64,000 nt of DNA from Verrucomicrobiia bacterium (lineage in GTDB: Bacteria > Verrucomicrobiota > Verrucomicrobiia > Limisphaerales > UBA1319). The notes beneath the pieces are model-generated. The model was given only the letters and a program-made list of their open reading frames with translations. It was not told where the DNA came from and did not search any database. Below, piece by piece: positions 1 through 9,696 of this stretch (positions within the stretch are counted from its first letter, which is position 1; each line of letters opens with the position of its first letter). Location of the stretch: positions 5,664,001 to 5,728,000 of the forward strand of contig OY760937.1 of the NCBI GenBank assembly GCA_963664225.1. Reading direction: 5' to 3'. The translations under genes and the position numbers were made by a program.

Positions 1-3
1 TTA

Positions 4-2241
4 TTGCGCGCGTCCTTCCGCGTCGAAAAGCCGGTGCGACGCGCAGAACTCTTCATCTGTGGACTCGGCTTTTACGAAGCGCGCCTCAATGGAACGCCAC
101 TGGACGATGCGGTGCTCGAGCCAGGCTGGACCAACTATCGCAAAACATGCCTTTACCGCGTTCATGACCTGACCGGACGCATTGTTGCGGGTGAAAATAT
201 TCTCGGCGTGATGCTTGGTAACGGCATGTATAATGTCGTTGGCGGCCGATACACGAAATTCACCGGCTCATTTGGTTCCCCAAAGCTCGTGGCCCAACTG
301 GACATTGAATACACGGATGGAACCACCTCCCGCGTGGTTACAGACGAATCATGGAAGACCGCGCTGGGGCCCATCGTTTTTTCCTGCATCTACGGTGGCG
401 AGGACTACGATGCCCGCAAGGAATGCGCAGGCTGGGATCGTTCGGGTTTTGATGCTTCAGCCTGGCAGGCTGCTGAAAAATGCGAGGGCCCCGGTGGCCG
501 TCTATCAACTCGCTCGGCATCGCCGATCAAGGTCATGGAGACGCTAAAAACCGCCAAAGTGTCGCAGCCACGTCCAGGTTTGTGGGTTTACGACCTTGGT
601 CAGAACTTCTCAGGCTGGCCCAAGCTGAGTGTGCAGGGCCAGGCTGGCGCCACAGTGAAGATGATCACTGGTGAATTGCTGGATCAATCCGGGCTTGTGA
701 GCCAGGGAAGTTCCGGCAGTCCGGTGTGGTTTGCCTACACGCTCAAGGGTGACGGCACTGAGATTTGGGAACCCCGGTTTTCATACACAGGCTTTCGTTA
801 TGTGCAGGTTGAGGGAGCCGTTCCAGCCAGCGAAACCACGGTCGGATCCGGATTGCCACGCATCCAGAACATCGAGGGCCGGTTCCTCTATTCCGATGTT
901 GCTGTGAACGGCGCATTTTCCTGTTCCAACCCGGATGTCAACCGCGTGCATGCCCTGATCCTTGCCGCCATCAAGAGCAACTTCAAAAGTGTGCTGACCG
1001 ATTGTCCACACCGCGAGAAACTAGGCTGGCTCGAATGCACGCATCTGCTCGCTGGTTGCTTCATGTATAATTACGACTGCGCGCGATTTTACGAAAAAAT
1101 CGCCACTGACATGCGGGACGCTCAACTCGACGATGGCATGGTTCCCGACATTGCTCCTGAGTTTGTCGTTTTTAGCGGTGGGTTCCGCGATTCACCCGAG
1201 TGGGGAAGCGCCTGTGTTATCGCTCCGTGGCGCGCCTATCAAATGAACGGCGATGTCCGGATTCTTGAGGCGCAGTATGAGACCATGAAGCGTTATGTCG
1301 GCTATCTTGGCGGCAAAGCGAAGAAAGATATCCTCTCGCATGGACTGGGGGATTGGTATGACATCGGCCCGCGCGGTCCCGGAGAGTCCCAGCTCACATC
1401 CCTTGGATTGACTGCGACTGGCGTTTACTACCAGGACATTGATATTCTGAGGCAGGTTGCCGGTTTGCTTGGCAAAAATGATGACGCGCGCACTTATGAA
1501 AAGTTAGCGGACGAGGTCATGAATGCCTTTAACGGCGCCTTTTTTCACGCCGAGAAGAATCAATATGATCGCAACAGCCAGACAGGGAATGCGCTGCCGC
1601 TGGTTCTCGGGCTTGTATCCCCCGCTCGACAGGCGGCTGTCCTTGACAACCTTGTCAGCGACGTTGCACAGAATGGAAACCGCGTAACCGCAGGCGATGT
1701 TGGATTTTACTATGTGATTCAAGCACTCCTGAAGGGCGGCCGAAGCGACGTGCTTTACGCCATGCTTTGCCAGACCAACGGCCCCGGCTATATGTATCAG
1801 CTCCGAATGAATGCCACCAGTCTCACGGAGGCCTGGGATACCAACCCCATATCATCCCAGAATCATTGCATGCTGGGGCATATCGAAGAATGGTTTTACA
1901 GCGGTCTTCTTGGCATACGGGCTGACGCGCCGGGTTTTCGAAAGATCGTTGTTGCTCCGCAAATGGCAGGCGACCTGACATGGGCCAAAGGGCATTATGA
2001 TTCTCAATATGGCCGAATCGCCAGCAACTGGAAACGGGATGCCAACACGCTGACGATGGAAGTCACTATTCCCGAAAATACGACCGCGACGGTTTATGTT
2101 CCCACAAGTAATGCGACCGGCATTACTGAATCCGGGACACCCGCGTCGCAAGCGCAGGGCGTAAAGTTTCTGCGGACGGAGAAAGAAACTGCCGTATATG
2201 AGGTTGGCTCGGGAGTTTACCATTTCAAATCCATGCTTTGA
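4..2241 (+). CDS. Alpha-L-rhamnosidase family glycoside hydrolase (GH78), 5' end probably outside the window
   Basis: GH78 motifs: 'CGLGFYE', 'DLGQNFSGW', 'PRFSYTGFRYV', catalytic region 'TDCPHREKLGW', 'SLTEAW', 'SQNHCMLG', C-terminal 'VGSGVYHF'. The frame is open from the window edge. Confidence 0.9.
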   Translation: MRASFRVEKPVRRAELFICGLGFYEARLNGTPLDDAVLEPGWTNYRKTCLYRVHDLTGRIVAGENILGVMLGNGMYNVVGGRYTKFTGSFGSPKLVAQLDIEYTDGTTSRVVTDESWKTALGPIVFSCIYGGEDYDARKECAGWDRSGFDASAWQAAEKCEGPGGRLSTRSASPIKVMETLKTAKVSQPRPGLWVYDLGQNFSGWPKLSVQGQAGATVKMITGELLDQSGLVSQGSSGSPVWFAYTLKGDGTEIWEPRFSYTGFRYVQVEGAVPASETTVGSGLPRIQNIEGRFLYSDVAVNGAFSCSNPDVNRVHALILAAIKSNFKSVLTDCPHREKLGWLECTHLLAGCFMYNYDCARFYEKIATDMRDAQLDDGMVPDIAPEFVVFSGGFRDSPEWGSACVIAPWRAYQMNGDVRILEAQYETMKRYVGYLGGKAKKDILSHGLGDWYDIGPRGPGESQLTSLGLTATGVYYQDIDILRQVAGLLGKNDDARTYEKLADEVMNAFNGAFFHAEKNQYDRNSQTGNALPLVLGLVSPARQAAVLDNLVSDVAQNGNRVTAGDVGFYYVIQALLKGGRSDVLYAMLCQTNGPGYMYQLRMNATSLTEAWDTNPISSQNHCMLGHIEEWFYSGLLGIRADAPGFRKIVVAPQMAGDLTWAKGHYDSQYGRIASNWKRDANTLTMEVTIPENTTATVYVPTSNATGITESGTPASQAQGVKFLRTEKETAVYEVGSGVYHFKSML

Positions 2242-2417
2242 TTGGAGCAGCAGGAGCGTTTGGCAATTTGCGATGAGCATGGAGAGCGTCGGCTTGCTGT
2301 CAGGCATGGGCGTATTTGTCGCCCAATGTATGAAATGCCCGCAATCAACCCATCCAAAGACCAAGGTTGGTTTTCATCATAACACCAACCGATAATGCGA
2401 TGCCGCCACTGAGGCTC

Positions 2418-3968
2418 TCAATCCAACCTGTAGAGAACAGCTTGTTGAATCGATACTTTTTTGCTAGTGGATCGCTCGTCCGCGTCGTTTCGCAGAACAA
2501 TTCGCAGAGTGTGTTTGCCGGGTTTCAGGCCATAGGTGTGCCACAGAGTGCTATCGTAAGTATTAGGAACAATGTAGGCATCCAGCATGCTCATTCTCTT
2601 GCCGTCCAGATAAACGTCCGCCCTTCCTCCTTCTTGAGAGAGTTGTCCCATGAGCGCGATGGCCGAGCCTTCAAAACGGAGCGTGGTCTCGGCGTTCACT
2701 GAAGCGGCGGATTTTGCATTTTTGCCGCTTTGCCAGTTGCCTTGCCACGTCCAGGCGTTGTCCTGGACAGGAACGATTTTATACGGACGACCGGGATTCC
2801 ATTGTTCAAGCTTGGGGGATCGCGGAGTCTGAGTCGGAAATGTGATGTCCGTTTCGGTGATTTTTCCACCGGCTTTGGCAATCAGGGTTATGGCGCGATA
2901 TTCGGTCGATTTAACAATGTCCTTGAAGGAGTAATCGGTGAATTCAAATTTTGTATCCGCTATTTTATCGATTCCGCTTTTGAAAAAGTCCGGAATTTTG
3001 GAATAACCGAGCATGACTCCCAGCACTCCGGCAGCGCTGGAGGGATTGCAGTCCGAATCCTGGCCGCATCGCGTGGCGATTTCCATGGTTTTGCCGAAGT
3101 CGCCTTTGCCGAAAAGGAGACCGAACGCGATATAGGCGCCATTTAACTTGGCGTCGATGTTAAAAGGTTGCATGGCGCCGTCGGGACAGACATCGTCTTT
3201 GTCCCATTTGTCCTCAATCATTTGCCATACTTTGCGCCAGTCATCGGGATTTTGAGCTGAATATTCGAGCAAATCACGAACGACTGCGGCGTAAGTGCTC
3301 TGGCTGGGAATACAGGCGAGTCCGGCCTCAACGACTTTGCGAGGGTTGTTTTCGAAATAGGCCGCGCTGTACATGCCGCAGACGAACATGCCACCATAAA
3401 CGCCATCGCCGTAATTCATCACGCGCCCCACGCGGTCGCAATACAAATTCGAAAAGCGCGGCAGACCAGGGGACATCAGGCCAATGAAGTCCGCTTCAAT
3501 TTGGAAATCGATGTCGTTTGCATGGGCATTGTAAAGCGGGTGACCGGACCTGGGGGCTTTAATTCCTCGGTTTAAATTGCGGCGGGCGGCGGCATTGGCA
3601 TGCCAGAGGCCATACTTGGAATTCTTGAACGCTTCACCGTATTGTTCCGAGGTGGCGTTTAAGCCCACGGTATCCATCACACGGGCGAAGGTCATCTCCA
3701 CATAGAGGTCGTCCTGGTGAATCGAATTTTCGACGCGATCCGGCGCCCATTTGATTTCCGCATCGTAAATCTTGCTCAGGGCGCGGAATTCAGTGGGTGC
3801 GCCGTAGGAGACCCCGATCATCTGCCCGGCCCAGCCACCCTTGATTTTATCGAGCAGTTCGGCCCTGCCAATATGGCGCGGCTCCGACTTGGCAGCTTGA
3901 ATCATCATGGCGGACTGCCCCAGGACGAGGGCCGCAATCAGGCTGGTCATCAATTTGCTTTGTTTCAT
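2418..3968 (-). CDS. Secreted ADP-ribosylglycohydrolase-family protein with C-terminal beta-sandwich domain
   Basis: Signal-peptide-like N-terminus; ARH-like 'DKIKGGWAGQMIGVSYGAPTEF', 'QDDLY', 'GQDSDCNPSSAAGVLG'; C-terminal beta-rich 'GRADVYLDG...GLKPGKHTLRI'. Confidence 0.8.
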   Translation of the reverse strand: MKQSKLMTSLIAALVLGQSAMMIQAAKSEPRHIGRAELLDKIKGGWAGQMIGVSYGAPTEFRALSKIYDAEIKWAPDRVENSIHQDDLYVEMTFARVMDTVGLNATSEQYGEAFKNSKYGLWHANAAARRNLNRGIKAPRSGHPLYNAHANDIDFQIEADFIGLMSPGLPRFSNLYCDRVGRVMNYGDGVYGGMFVCGMYSAAYFENNPRKVVEAGLACIPSQSTYAAVVRDLLEYSAQNPDDWRKVWQMIEDKWDKDDVCPDGAMQPFNIDAKLNGAYIAFGLLFGKGDFGKTMEIATRCGQDSDCNPSSAAGVLGVMLGYSKIPDFFKSGIDKIADTKFEFTDYSFKDIVKSTEYRAITLIAKAGGKITETDITFPTQTPRSPKLEQWNPGRPYKIVPVQDNAWTWQGNWQSGKNAKSAASVNAETTLRFEGSAIALMGQLSQEGGRADVYLDGKRMSMLDAYIVPNTYDSTLWHTYGLKPGKHTLRIVLRNDADERSTSKKVSIQQAVLYRLD

Positions 3969-4143
3969 GCATTCTCCTTAAGACTGGTTACAATGTCTGA
4001 CGATTAATTGATTCCAAAGGTCTCGACGCGGCGACAACACGGCACCGCCATAATTTGATTGAACGGCGTTTTTATAGGGATTCCAGTCTCATGCTGTCAA
4101 TGGCGTTGGTGTAAAAGAAATCCAGGCGAACAGGAGGGAAATG

Positions 4144-4178
4144 AAAAACGCGCCGAGGCTTTTAGCTTCGACGCGTTT
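4144..4178 (-). terminator. Intrinsic terminator downstream of ilvD
   Basis: Hairpin aaacgcg-ccgaggct/agcttcga-cgcgttt; the flanking A-run is a U-tract on the minus strand. Confidence 0.6.
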
Positions 4179-4209
4179 GCGTAGAGGACCAGGCGTTCAA
4201 CCGCGCAGG

Positions 4210-6480
4210 TTATTCGCCCTGATAAAGAACCCCACCCGTGCTGGCGTTGCTCACCATCTTCTGGTAACGGGCCAGCCAGCCGGAGAGCTTGCGTTGGACC
4301 GGTTTGAACGTGGTTTTGCGCTCGGCAAGTTCTGCGTCGCTTACGAGGATGTCGATGCGCCGATTTGGAAAATCGATGCGCAAACGGTCACCGGCCTTGA
4401 GCAGTCCAATGGGGCCGCCTTCAACTGCTTCGGGAGAGACATGACCAATGCACGCCCCGGCAGTGCCTCCGCTGAAACGTCCGTCGGTGATGAGGGCCAC
4501 CTTGTCCCCGAGACCCATTCCCACGATGTAGCTGGTGGGGGAGAGCATTTCCTGCATTCCAGGTCCGCCGCGGGGGCCTTCGTTGCGAATGATGGCGACA
4601 TCACCCGCTTTGACTTTGCCGCCGAGAATTCCCTCGCAAGCTTCTTCCTGGCTTTCGAAAATGACGCAAGGCCCTTCAAAGACAAAGGAAGGACCGCAGT
4701 AAGCCTTGAATCCGTCACTGATTCCCGCTGTTTTAACGACGGAACCTTCCGGGGCGAGTTGACCGTAAAGAATGGCCAGTCCGCCATCCTTGGTGTAAGC
4801 GGTTTCCGGGGTGCGAATGCATTGGCGCGCATCGAATCGGAACGCGGGATCGTAGGGCATCAGACCTGCCGATTTCGCTTTGGCCGTTGCTGCGGGACGC
4901 ACCAGGATGCGTGCCTTGGCGATCTGCCAATGGTTCAGACGCATGATTTGGAATACAGATGCGGGCTGACGCTCGCCGGTTTTCTGATATTGCCATGAAA
5001 TGATCACAGGAGATTTGCGCAACTCACCCAGTTCCTGACGGATCAAGCCCTGGCTCTCTTTCATGGTTTTTTCGAGGTAAGCGGTTATTGCCGCCCGCCC
5101 CACCAGAGTTTCCTGACCATCGATTTCCAGACGGGCCTTTTCAGTAAACAAACCGGATTGGGCCTCGAGATCGTCAGCATTAAAGGCTGCGGCCATGCGC
5201 CAGAGGGTGATCGCGCCCTGGTCGGCAGGGAAAAAGAGCAGCGGCTTGGGGGCCAGTCGGCCGCCAGGGGTGATCGCCGAGGCGCCCAGTTTATCGGTCG
5301 GATCCAACACAATGGCGGAAGCACCGGAGACACGCACGGCTTTGGCCCATGCGGAGCATTTCTCTGAACGCGCATCCCACTCATCGATATTCTCGCCGAG
5401 AGACTTGCCGGTCACGGTCTTGCATTCGAGTGTCAGGGCATTCATGCGCTTAAGTTCGCCTAAAATTGTGTGAATGCCTCCCGCGCGCTGCACATCCTGC
5501 ACGTGGTAATCCGAAGATGGTGAAACCTTGCACAGGCATGGGACACGACGGGAAATGGCGTCGATTCGGGCAATATCGTAATCAATGCCCGCTTCACGCG
5601 CGATGGCCAGTGTGTGGAGAATGGTATTCGTCGAACCACCCATTGCAACATCGAGCGCAATGGCGTTGTCAAAAGCCTCAATGGTGGCAATGTCGCGCGG
5701 CTTCAGGTCCTTCTCAATGAGCTTGAGAATCTGACGCGCAGCGCGGTCATAGAGGGCTTCGCGTTCCTTGGAAACGGCCAGCACGGTGCCATTGCCCGGC
5801 AAGGCCATCCCCAAAGCTTCACAAAGGCAGTTCATCGAATTGGCGGTGAACATGCCGGAGCAGGAACCGCAAGTGGGGCAGGCGGCCTTTTCAAGACGGT
5901 CCAACTCAGCGGTGGTGATTTTGCCACTCTGCAATTCAGCGACGCCTTTAAACACAGAAATCAAGTCAGCCTTCTGAAAAGAAGCGGCGGAATTGACCTG
6001 ATCAGCGTGGTTGGCCTGAGTTTCAACCAAACCGGCCGCCATGGGGCCGCCGCTGACGAAAATCGTGGGGATGTTTAGACGCATTGAAGCCATCAACATG
6101 CCCGGCACGATCTTATCGCAATTTGGAATGCAGATCATGCCATCAAAGCAATGTGCCTTGCACATCGTCTCGACGCAGTCCGCAATCAGCTCGCGTGAGG
6201 GCAGGGAGTATTTCATCCCGCCATGTCCCATCGCAATACCGTCATCGACCCCGATGGTATCAAAGACAAATGGCACTCCGCCGGCTTCGCGAACGAGCCG
6301 TTTTACCAGTTGGCCGATTTCGTTGAGATGGGCGTGGCCGGGGATGATATCGGTGTAGCTATTACAGATGGCGATGAAGGGCTTGCTGAAGTCCTCATCC
6401 GATACAATGTTTCCGGTGGCGCGCAACAAACTGCGATGTGGCGCGCGTTCAAAACCTTTCTTAATGATGTCTGAGCGCAT
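4210..6480 (-). CDS. ilvD: Dihydroxy-acid dehydratase with an internal SnoaL/NTF2-like insertion
   Basis: '[19 protein letters not shown]', 'PNCDKIVPG', '[18 protein letters not shown]', 'GGSTN', '[12 protein letters not shown]', 'LITDGRFSG', 'GHVSPEA'. At 756 aa it is longer than usual. Confidence 0.96.
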   Translation of the reverse strand: MRSDIIKKGFERAPHRSLLRATGNIVSDEDFSKPFIAICNSYTDIIPGHAHLNEIGQLVKRLVREAGGVPFVFDTIGVDDGIAMGHGGMKYSLPSRELIADCVETMCKAHCFDGMICIPNCDKIVPGMLMASMRLNIPTIFVSGGPMAAGLVETQANHADQVNSAASFQKADLISVFKGVAELQSGKITTAELDRLEKAACPTCGSCSGMFTANSMNCLCEALGMALPGNGTVLAVSKEREALYDRAARQILKLIEKDLKPRDIATIEAFDNAIALDVAMGGSTNTILHTLAIAREAGIDYDIARIDAISRRVPCLCKVSPSSDYHVQDVQRAGGIHTILGELKRMNALTLECKTVTGKSLGENIDEWDARSEKCSAWAKAVRVSGASAIVLDPTDKLGASAITPGGRLAPKPLLFFPADQGAITLWRMAAAFNADDLEAQSGLFTEKARLEIDGQETLVGRAAITAYLEKTMKESQGLIRQELGELRKSPVIISWQYQKTGERQPASVFQIMRLNHWQIAKARILVRPAATAKAKSAGLMPYDPAFRFDARQCIRTPETAYTKDGGLAILYGQLAPEGSVVKTAGISDGFKAYCGPSFVFEGPCVIFESQEEACEGILGGKVKAGDVAIIRNEGPRGGPGMQEMLSPTSYIVGMGLGDKVALITDGRFSGGTAGACIGHVSPEAVEGGPIGLLKAGDRLRIDFPNRRIDILVSDAELAERKTTFKPVQRKLSGWLARYQKMVSNASTGGVLYQGE

Positions 6481-6689
6481 AGTTTAGGCCAACCAAGCTA
6501 AAACACATGATGGCAGTCGTCGAGCACGAGTTTTTTCGGTTTTGCTTCCCTTGTGCGAAGTTTTCTGATTGGATGTCCCTCTGCGGTGATGGGATTCCCG
6601 TATTTGGCAGGGCGCAGGACTAAAATCCGTCCGGCAAGTCGGATGCCCTGTTTTTTAGAGTCCATTATATTGATCAACAACTGTTTACA

Positions 6690-7898
6690 ATGAATGCATT
6701 AAGTACTGTTATTTTAAAGCCTGGTGAAGCGGATCGTGTTTTGGCAGGGCACCCATGGATCTATCAAGGCGCCATTCTTCGGGTAACTCAGGCGGTTGAG
6801 GATGGAGGTGTGGTTCAGGTTAAAGACCACCGTCAGCGCCTTTTGGGCACTGGCTTCTTTAATTCCAAATCCAAAATCAATGTTCGTCTGCTGTCGGAGG
6901 AGCGCGTCGAAATCAACGAGGCCTTTTTTGAGACCCGTATCCGCGCCGCGCTGGCCTTGCGCCAACGGCATCTACCTGGCGCCACCTCTTTCCGACTCGT
7001 CAATGCCGAGAGCGATTTTCTAAGTGGTTTGATCGTGGACAAATACGAAGACGTTCTGGTGCTGCAAACCTCCTCATTGGGGATGGATCAGCGCAAGACG
7101 ATGATAGTTGCGGTGCTGCAAAAAATCCTTTCTCCGCGTGCGATTCTCGAGCGCAACGACATCGGATCGCGAAAATTCGAAGGCCTTCCCGAGGTGCGCG
7201 GCATCCTTGCCGGATCGTTGGGCGAAGGTGATGCCACGCTTTATCCGAAGATTAACGGATTGAAGTTCGCAATGGATGCGCTGGGTGGCCATAAAACCGG
7301 CCTTTATCTGGACCAACAGGTAAATTACCAGAAGGTTTCCGAATATGCCCGAGGCGGCCAGGTCCTCGATTGCTTTTGCTTCATGGGCGGATTCGGCCTT
7401 CACGCCATCAGGGCCGGTGCGCAAAGCGTCCATTTCCTGGATCAGAGTGAGGATGCCATCAAATCGGCAACTGATAACTGCAAAGCAAATGGCTTGGAGA
7501 AGGGCGCTTCTTTTGAGACCACGAATGTGTTCGATTGGCTTAAGACTCGCACCACAGTGGCTCCGCACGAGAAACTGGTTCCCCATTTCGATCTCATAGT
7601 GCTGGATCCTCCTTCGTTCACTCGCAATCGCGCATCGATTCCAGATGCTCTACGGGGCTACAAGGAAATTCATTTGCGGGCCATGAAGCTGCTCAAATCC
7701 GGTGGCACACTGGCTACGTTTTGCTGCTCGCACCATGTCAACGCCCAGGTCTTTCAAGAGGTGATTTTGGACGCCGCCTTTGATGCCCGACGGGTCTTGC
7801 GGCGCGTGGCCACATTCAGTCAGTCTCCGGATCATCCCATCATTCCTTCCATTCCAGAGACGGAATACCTGAAGGGATATGCCTTCGAATTGGTTTAG
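6690..7898 (+). CDS. rlmI: RlmI-family SAM-dependent rRNA m5C methyltransferase
   Basis: PUA domain 'GHPWIY', 'ESDFLSGLIVD', 'GHKTGLYLDQ', SAM-binding 'VLDCFCFMGGF', 'DPPSF', 'TFCCS', 'ETEYLK'. Confidence 0.85.
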   Translation: MNALSTVILKPGEADRVLAGHPWIYQGAILRVTQAVEDGGVVQVKDHRQRLLGTGFFNSKSKINVRLLSEERVEINEAFFETRIRAALALRQRHLPGATSFRLVNAESDFLSGLIVDKYEDVLVLQTSSLGMDQRKTMIVAVLQKILSPRAILERNDIGSRKFEGLPEVRGILAGSLGEGDATLYPKINGLKFAMDALGGHKTGLYLDQQVNYQKVSEYARGGQVLDCFCFMGGFGLHAIRAGAQSVHFLDQSEDAIKSATDNCKANGLEKGASFETTNVFDWLKTRTTVAPHEKLVPHFDLIVLDPPSFTRNRASIPDALRGYKEIHLRAMKLLKSGGTLATFCCSHHVNAQVFQEVILDAAFDARRVLRRVATFSQSPDHPIIPSIPETEYLKGYAFELV

Positions 7899-7933
7899 TT
7901 TTGGTGATTTTCCGAACGCTGGAAACCAACAGT

Positions 7934-7967
7934 AAAAAGGGCGCCGTCAATCGACGGCGCCATTTTT
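7934..7967. terminator. Bidirectional intrinsic terminator between rlmI and the oxidoreductase gene
   Basis: Perfect 9-bp stem ggcgccgtc-aatc-gacggcgcc with an A-run upstream and a T-run downstream, between convergent genes. Confidence 0.8.
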
Positions 7968-7986
7968 CATATAGCAAGAAGGCCGC

Positions 7987-9336
7987 TTAAAAGGCCTGGG
8001 TTTTTCCAGGCATGGCGATGGGGTAATGCCCATTGGCGTCGGGCATGACAGGGGCGGTGGAATCCATATTCAGGCCCTCCAGACCGGGGGCGAGGGTGAT
8101 ATTCGAATTGATGGCTTCATCCCAGGTAATCAGTCTTCCTGATTCGGTGGCCATGCGTCCCATGATTGCGGTCATGCAGGATTTGGCGCACCTTTCGGCT
8201 TCATTATAGGGTTTGTCATTGCGGATGGCATCAAAAAACAAGTCATGCTCCACCTGGTAGGGATTGGCTTCCTGCCCGTCATAATTCCAGAGCAGATTGG
8301 CAGGCGTTTGCTGGTGTCCCTTGTAAATGCGTGGTTTTGTCACGCCTTCGCCCAATACCGCCGAGCCTTTGGCCCCGTGAATGATATCGCCGAAAAACTC
8401 CCAGCAATTGGTCTGATGCCGACCTTGCGCAAACATCCGGGTGCCATCGGCGAAGTGGTATTCGGCCGCGTAGTGATCGAATAATTGGTCCGCTTCATCG
8501 CGCACCTGACGTCCGCCCTGGCCTTGAACCTCCACAGGCCAGGCGTTCTTAACCCAGCAGCAGACATCAATGTTGTGGATGAGCCAATCCACGATAAAGC
8601 TCCCGTTTAACCATGTAAAATTGCTGTAATTGCGTATTTGGTAGGCCAGTTCGTTCATGCCATTCTGGCGGGGACTGACTCCCACGGGCCCGTGCTCGCG
8701 ATAGGCCCAGCAGGTGATGATTTCGCCGATCAAGCCCTCATGGATTTTGTCGATGGCCTCAGCCAGGGGCAAATTATGGCGGCACATCAAACCGCCAGCC
8801 ACTTTAATGTTTTTCTCTTTGGCCAGCTCCCCCGTGTGTATCACACGGCGAATACCGGGAGCGTCCACGGCGAAGGATTTTTCCATGAAGACGTTGATTC
8901 CTTTCTGCACCGCGTATTCAAAATGGATGGGGCGAAAGGCCGGGGGAGTGGTCAACAGAACCACGTCGCCCTTATCGAGGCTGTCGATCGCTTTCTTGAA
9001 AGCGTCCATTCCAATGAATTGTCGATCTTTTGGAACATCGATTTGTTTGGAGAATTGGCCGGCAAGCTGTTTCAGGCTGCCCTCCATTCTGTCGGGAAAA
9101 ACATCCGCCACCGCGTGCAGTTTAGTGGGGCCTTTGGTGGAGAGCGCATTGACCGCAGCGCCAGTGCCACGCCCGCCACAGCCCACCAGGGCGATTTTGA
9201 TCGCATTGTCTTCGGCGGCATAGCCGGGCCGGGCCATGGCGCCCACCAAAGTCACACCAGCGGCGACTTTGGAAGTGGTCTTGAGAAACTCACGACGGGT
9301 TTGCTGGCCAGTCGCCAATGTGGGATCGGTTTTCAT
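7987..9336 (-). CDS. Tat-exported Gfo/Idh/MocA-family oxidoreductase
   Basis: Twin-arginine 'TRREFLK'; Rossmann 'IALVGCGGRGTGA'; 'VFMEKS'; 'WLIHNID'. Start placed at ATG 9336 (ORF track extends to 9399). Confidence 0.88.
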   Translation of the reverse strand: MKTDPTLATGQQTRREFLKTTSKVAAGVTLVGAMARPGYAAEDNAIKIALVGCGGRGTGAAVNALSTKGPTKLHAVADVFPDRMEGSLKQLAGQFSKQIDVPKDRQFIGMDAFKKAIDSLDKGDVVLLTTPPAFRPIHFEYAVQKGINVFMEKSFAVDAPGIRRVIHTGELAKEKNIKVAGGLMCRHNLPLAEAIDKIHEGLIGEIITCWAYREHGPVGVSPRQNGMNELAYQIRNYSNFTWLNGSFIVDWLIHNIDVCCWVKNAWPVEVQGQGGRQVRDEADQLFDHYAAEYHFADGTRMFAQGRHQTNCWEFFGDIIHGAKGSAVLGEGVTKPRIYKGHQQTPANLLWNYDGQEANPYQVEHDLFFDAIRNDKPYNEAERCAKSCMTAIMGRMATESGRLITWDEAINSNITLAPGLEGLNMDSTAPVMPDANGHYPIAMPGKTQAF

Positions 9337-9696
9337 GATATGGAATGGTTTGGAATGTTTTTCAATGGCTTCGGTAAATTTATGGGCTGAACCGCACACG
9401 TATTCAAGTCAGTATTTTCGCACCCGACCTTGGCGATGACGTGCATTTGTTCGATTAATAATGTGCGGGTTAATGATCTTTGAAAACCGGGTCGTGAGGG
9501 AGTTTTGTTTTTGCGCCTAAAGTAAAAATGAACATCTCACATACACCGCCGCAGGATCCGACAAGATGTCCCCGCGCCACATTTGAGGGCAAAAATCGGC
9601 ATCAATATTGAAGGGGAGAAAAGCTGGCCTTTCCAAAGTGTTGTGGCATGGTAACGATCAAGATCGAACGATTTAATTCAACAAATATAAAATCGG

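Noticed and set aside
4822..5373. IlvD insertion as an intein
   Set aside because: No N-terminal Cys/Ser block, no His-Asn followed by Cys/Ser/Thr at the junction, and no LAGLIDADG motif.
6498..6680. Short ORF upstream of ilvD as a possible attenuator leader peptide
   Set aside because: No compact Ile/Leu/Val codon run with terminator/antiterminator structure; it fills the divergent promoter region.
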